The notes under the pieces: model-generated
What the model was told of the DNA's origin: nothing
The model's database searches: none
Seen by the model: only the letters and a program-made list of their open reading frames with translations
Program-made: the position numbers and the translations under genes
Shown: in pieces, positions 12,724 through 13,200 of the stretch
Numbering within the stretch: the stretch's first letter is position 1
How the letters are laid out: every line of letters starts with the position of its first letter
Origin: Caedimonas varicaedens
GTDB taxonomy: Bacteria > Pseudomonadota > Alphaproteobacteria > Caedimonadales > Caedimonadaceae
DNA: 13,200 bases
Assembly: GCA_001192655.1 (NCBI GenBank)
Contig: BBVC01000109.1
Span: forward strand, 1-13,200
Direction: 5' to 3'

Positions 12724-13116
12724 TTATGGATGAACGGGTTGTTGAACAAGCTCTTGACCAGTAACTTGCTGAGGTAAATTGCCAGCAGGGGGCAATGTCC
12801 GAGGTCTGCCACGCTTGGTTTTTCTAGGCGTAAGCTCTTCTGCTTTCTTGGTCTTCTTGTTTTTCAAAATTGCCAAGAATTTAGGGTCAGAAGTGGAAGC
12901 CACGGTCAGTTCTTCGATGTAACGATCAATATCGCTCTTGCGGTATCCTCGTTTGCGATAGCTGACACAAGCATACTTGGGGCCTTTCTTTTCCTTGCGG
13001 TATGCTGCAAGTGTTCTCATGGAGATGCCTAAATATTCAGCCGTTTCTCGACTGCTATAAAGCCTGTCTTCCATATTCTGAATCGCTGAAGCGATCTGTT
13101 CTTTTTTTCTCTTCAT
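12724..13116 (-). CDS. excisionase/MerR-superfamily (HTH_17, AlpA/Xis-like) DNA-binding protein with a basic C-terminal tail carrying an AT-hook, 130 aa
   Basis: LYSSRETAEYLGISMRTLAAYRKEKKGPKY ... YRKSDIDRYIEEL matches the excisionase-type HTH pattern. The tail contains KTKRGRPRT (GRP core, 12796..12822). GAGGAG lies 6 nt upstream of ATG 13116. It is the first gene of the minus-strand array in this window. Confidence 0.75.
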   Translation of the reverse strand: MKRKKEQIASAIQNMEDRLYSSRETAEYLGISMRTLAAYRKEKKGPKYACVSYRKRGYRKSDIDRYIEELTVASTSDPKFLAILKNKKTKKAEELTPRKTKRGRPRTLPPAGNLPQQVTGQELVQQPVHP

Positions 13117-13200
13117 GACCGGCTCCTCATAAGGTGCGTTAAAAACATGAGCGAAAGAAAAACAGATAAAAAAGAAGCTGTGAAGGTAGGTGAATCGTCA

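Noticed and set aside
13147-13200. A possible divergent plus-strand ORF starting at ATG 13147 (MSERKTDKKEAVKVGESS...), with AAGGTG 10 nt upstream, running off the right edge.
   Set aside because: Only 18 codons are visible, which is too little to call a feature. It is noted because a divergent gene 30 nt from the HTH gene's start would suggest a regulatory switch.
1-13200. CRISPR arrays, tandem repeats, IS elements or terminal inverted repeats, and a retron/DGR-type reverse transcriptase.
   Set aside because: By eye I found no regularly spaced direct repeats, no transposase, integrase or RT motifs in any ORF, and no second copy of the long palindrome. An exhaustive repeat search was not possible without tools.

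Overview
The window is almost entirely one minus-strand array of about 21 tightly packed genes (13116 down to 790). Most junctions are start/stop overlaps (ATGA, TGATG, TAATG) or gaps of 31 nt or less, and nearly every start has a clear AGGAG-type ribosome-binding site. The content matches the early / replication-recombination region of a tailed phage, prophage or phage-like mobile element. In transcription order: an excisionase/MerR-type HTH protein with an AT-hook, a small unknown, a Sak4/AAA_24-type ATPase, an SSB-like (DUF669-like) protein, an SF2 DEAH helicase with a zinc ribbon, a Cas4-like PD-(D/E)XK nuclease with a 4-Cys cluster, and a Toprim primase fused to a RecA-fold helicase and a C-terminal winged helix. 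The single large non-coding gap follows (5937-6242, 306 nt). After it come a start/stop-overlapped cassette ending in a P63C-domain protein, two pairs of small paralogous proteins, a RuvC-like resolvase, several unknowns, and a low-GC membrane-anchored terminal gene. One GC-rich plus-strand gene (264-800) converges on this array with overlapping stop codons, and a truncated minus-strand gene starts at 131. I saw no rRNA, tRNA, CRISPR array, transposase, integrase, virion or lysis genes. The replication module is a known architecture. The most unusual signal is in the non-coding gap just 3' of the primase-helicase gene: a 94-nt GC-rich near-perfect palindrome next to a 21-bp inverted repeat that brackets an 81% AT spacer. 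This is a candidate origin or RNA-processing element. It is followed by a strongly basic 29-aa micro-ORF that heads the coupled cassette. All family assignments rest on motif recognition by eye; no searches were run.
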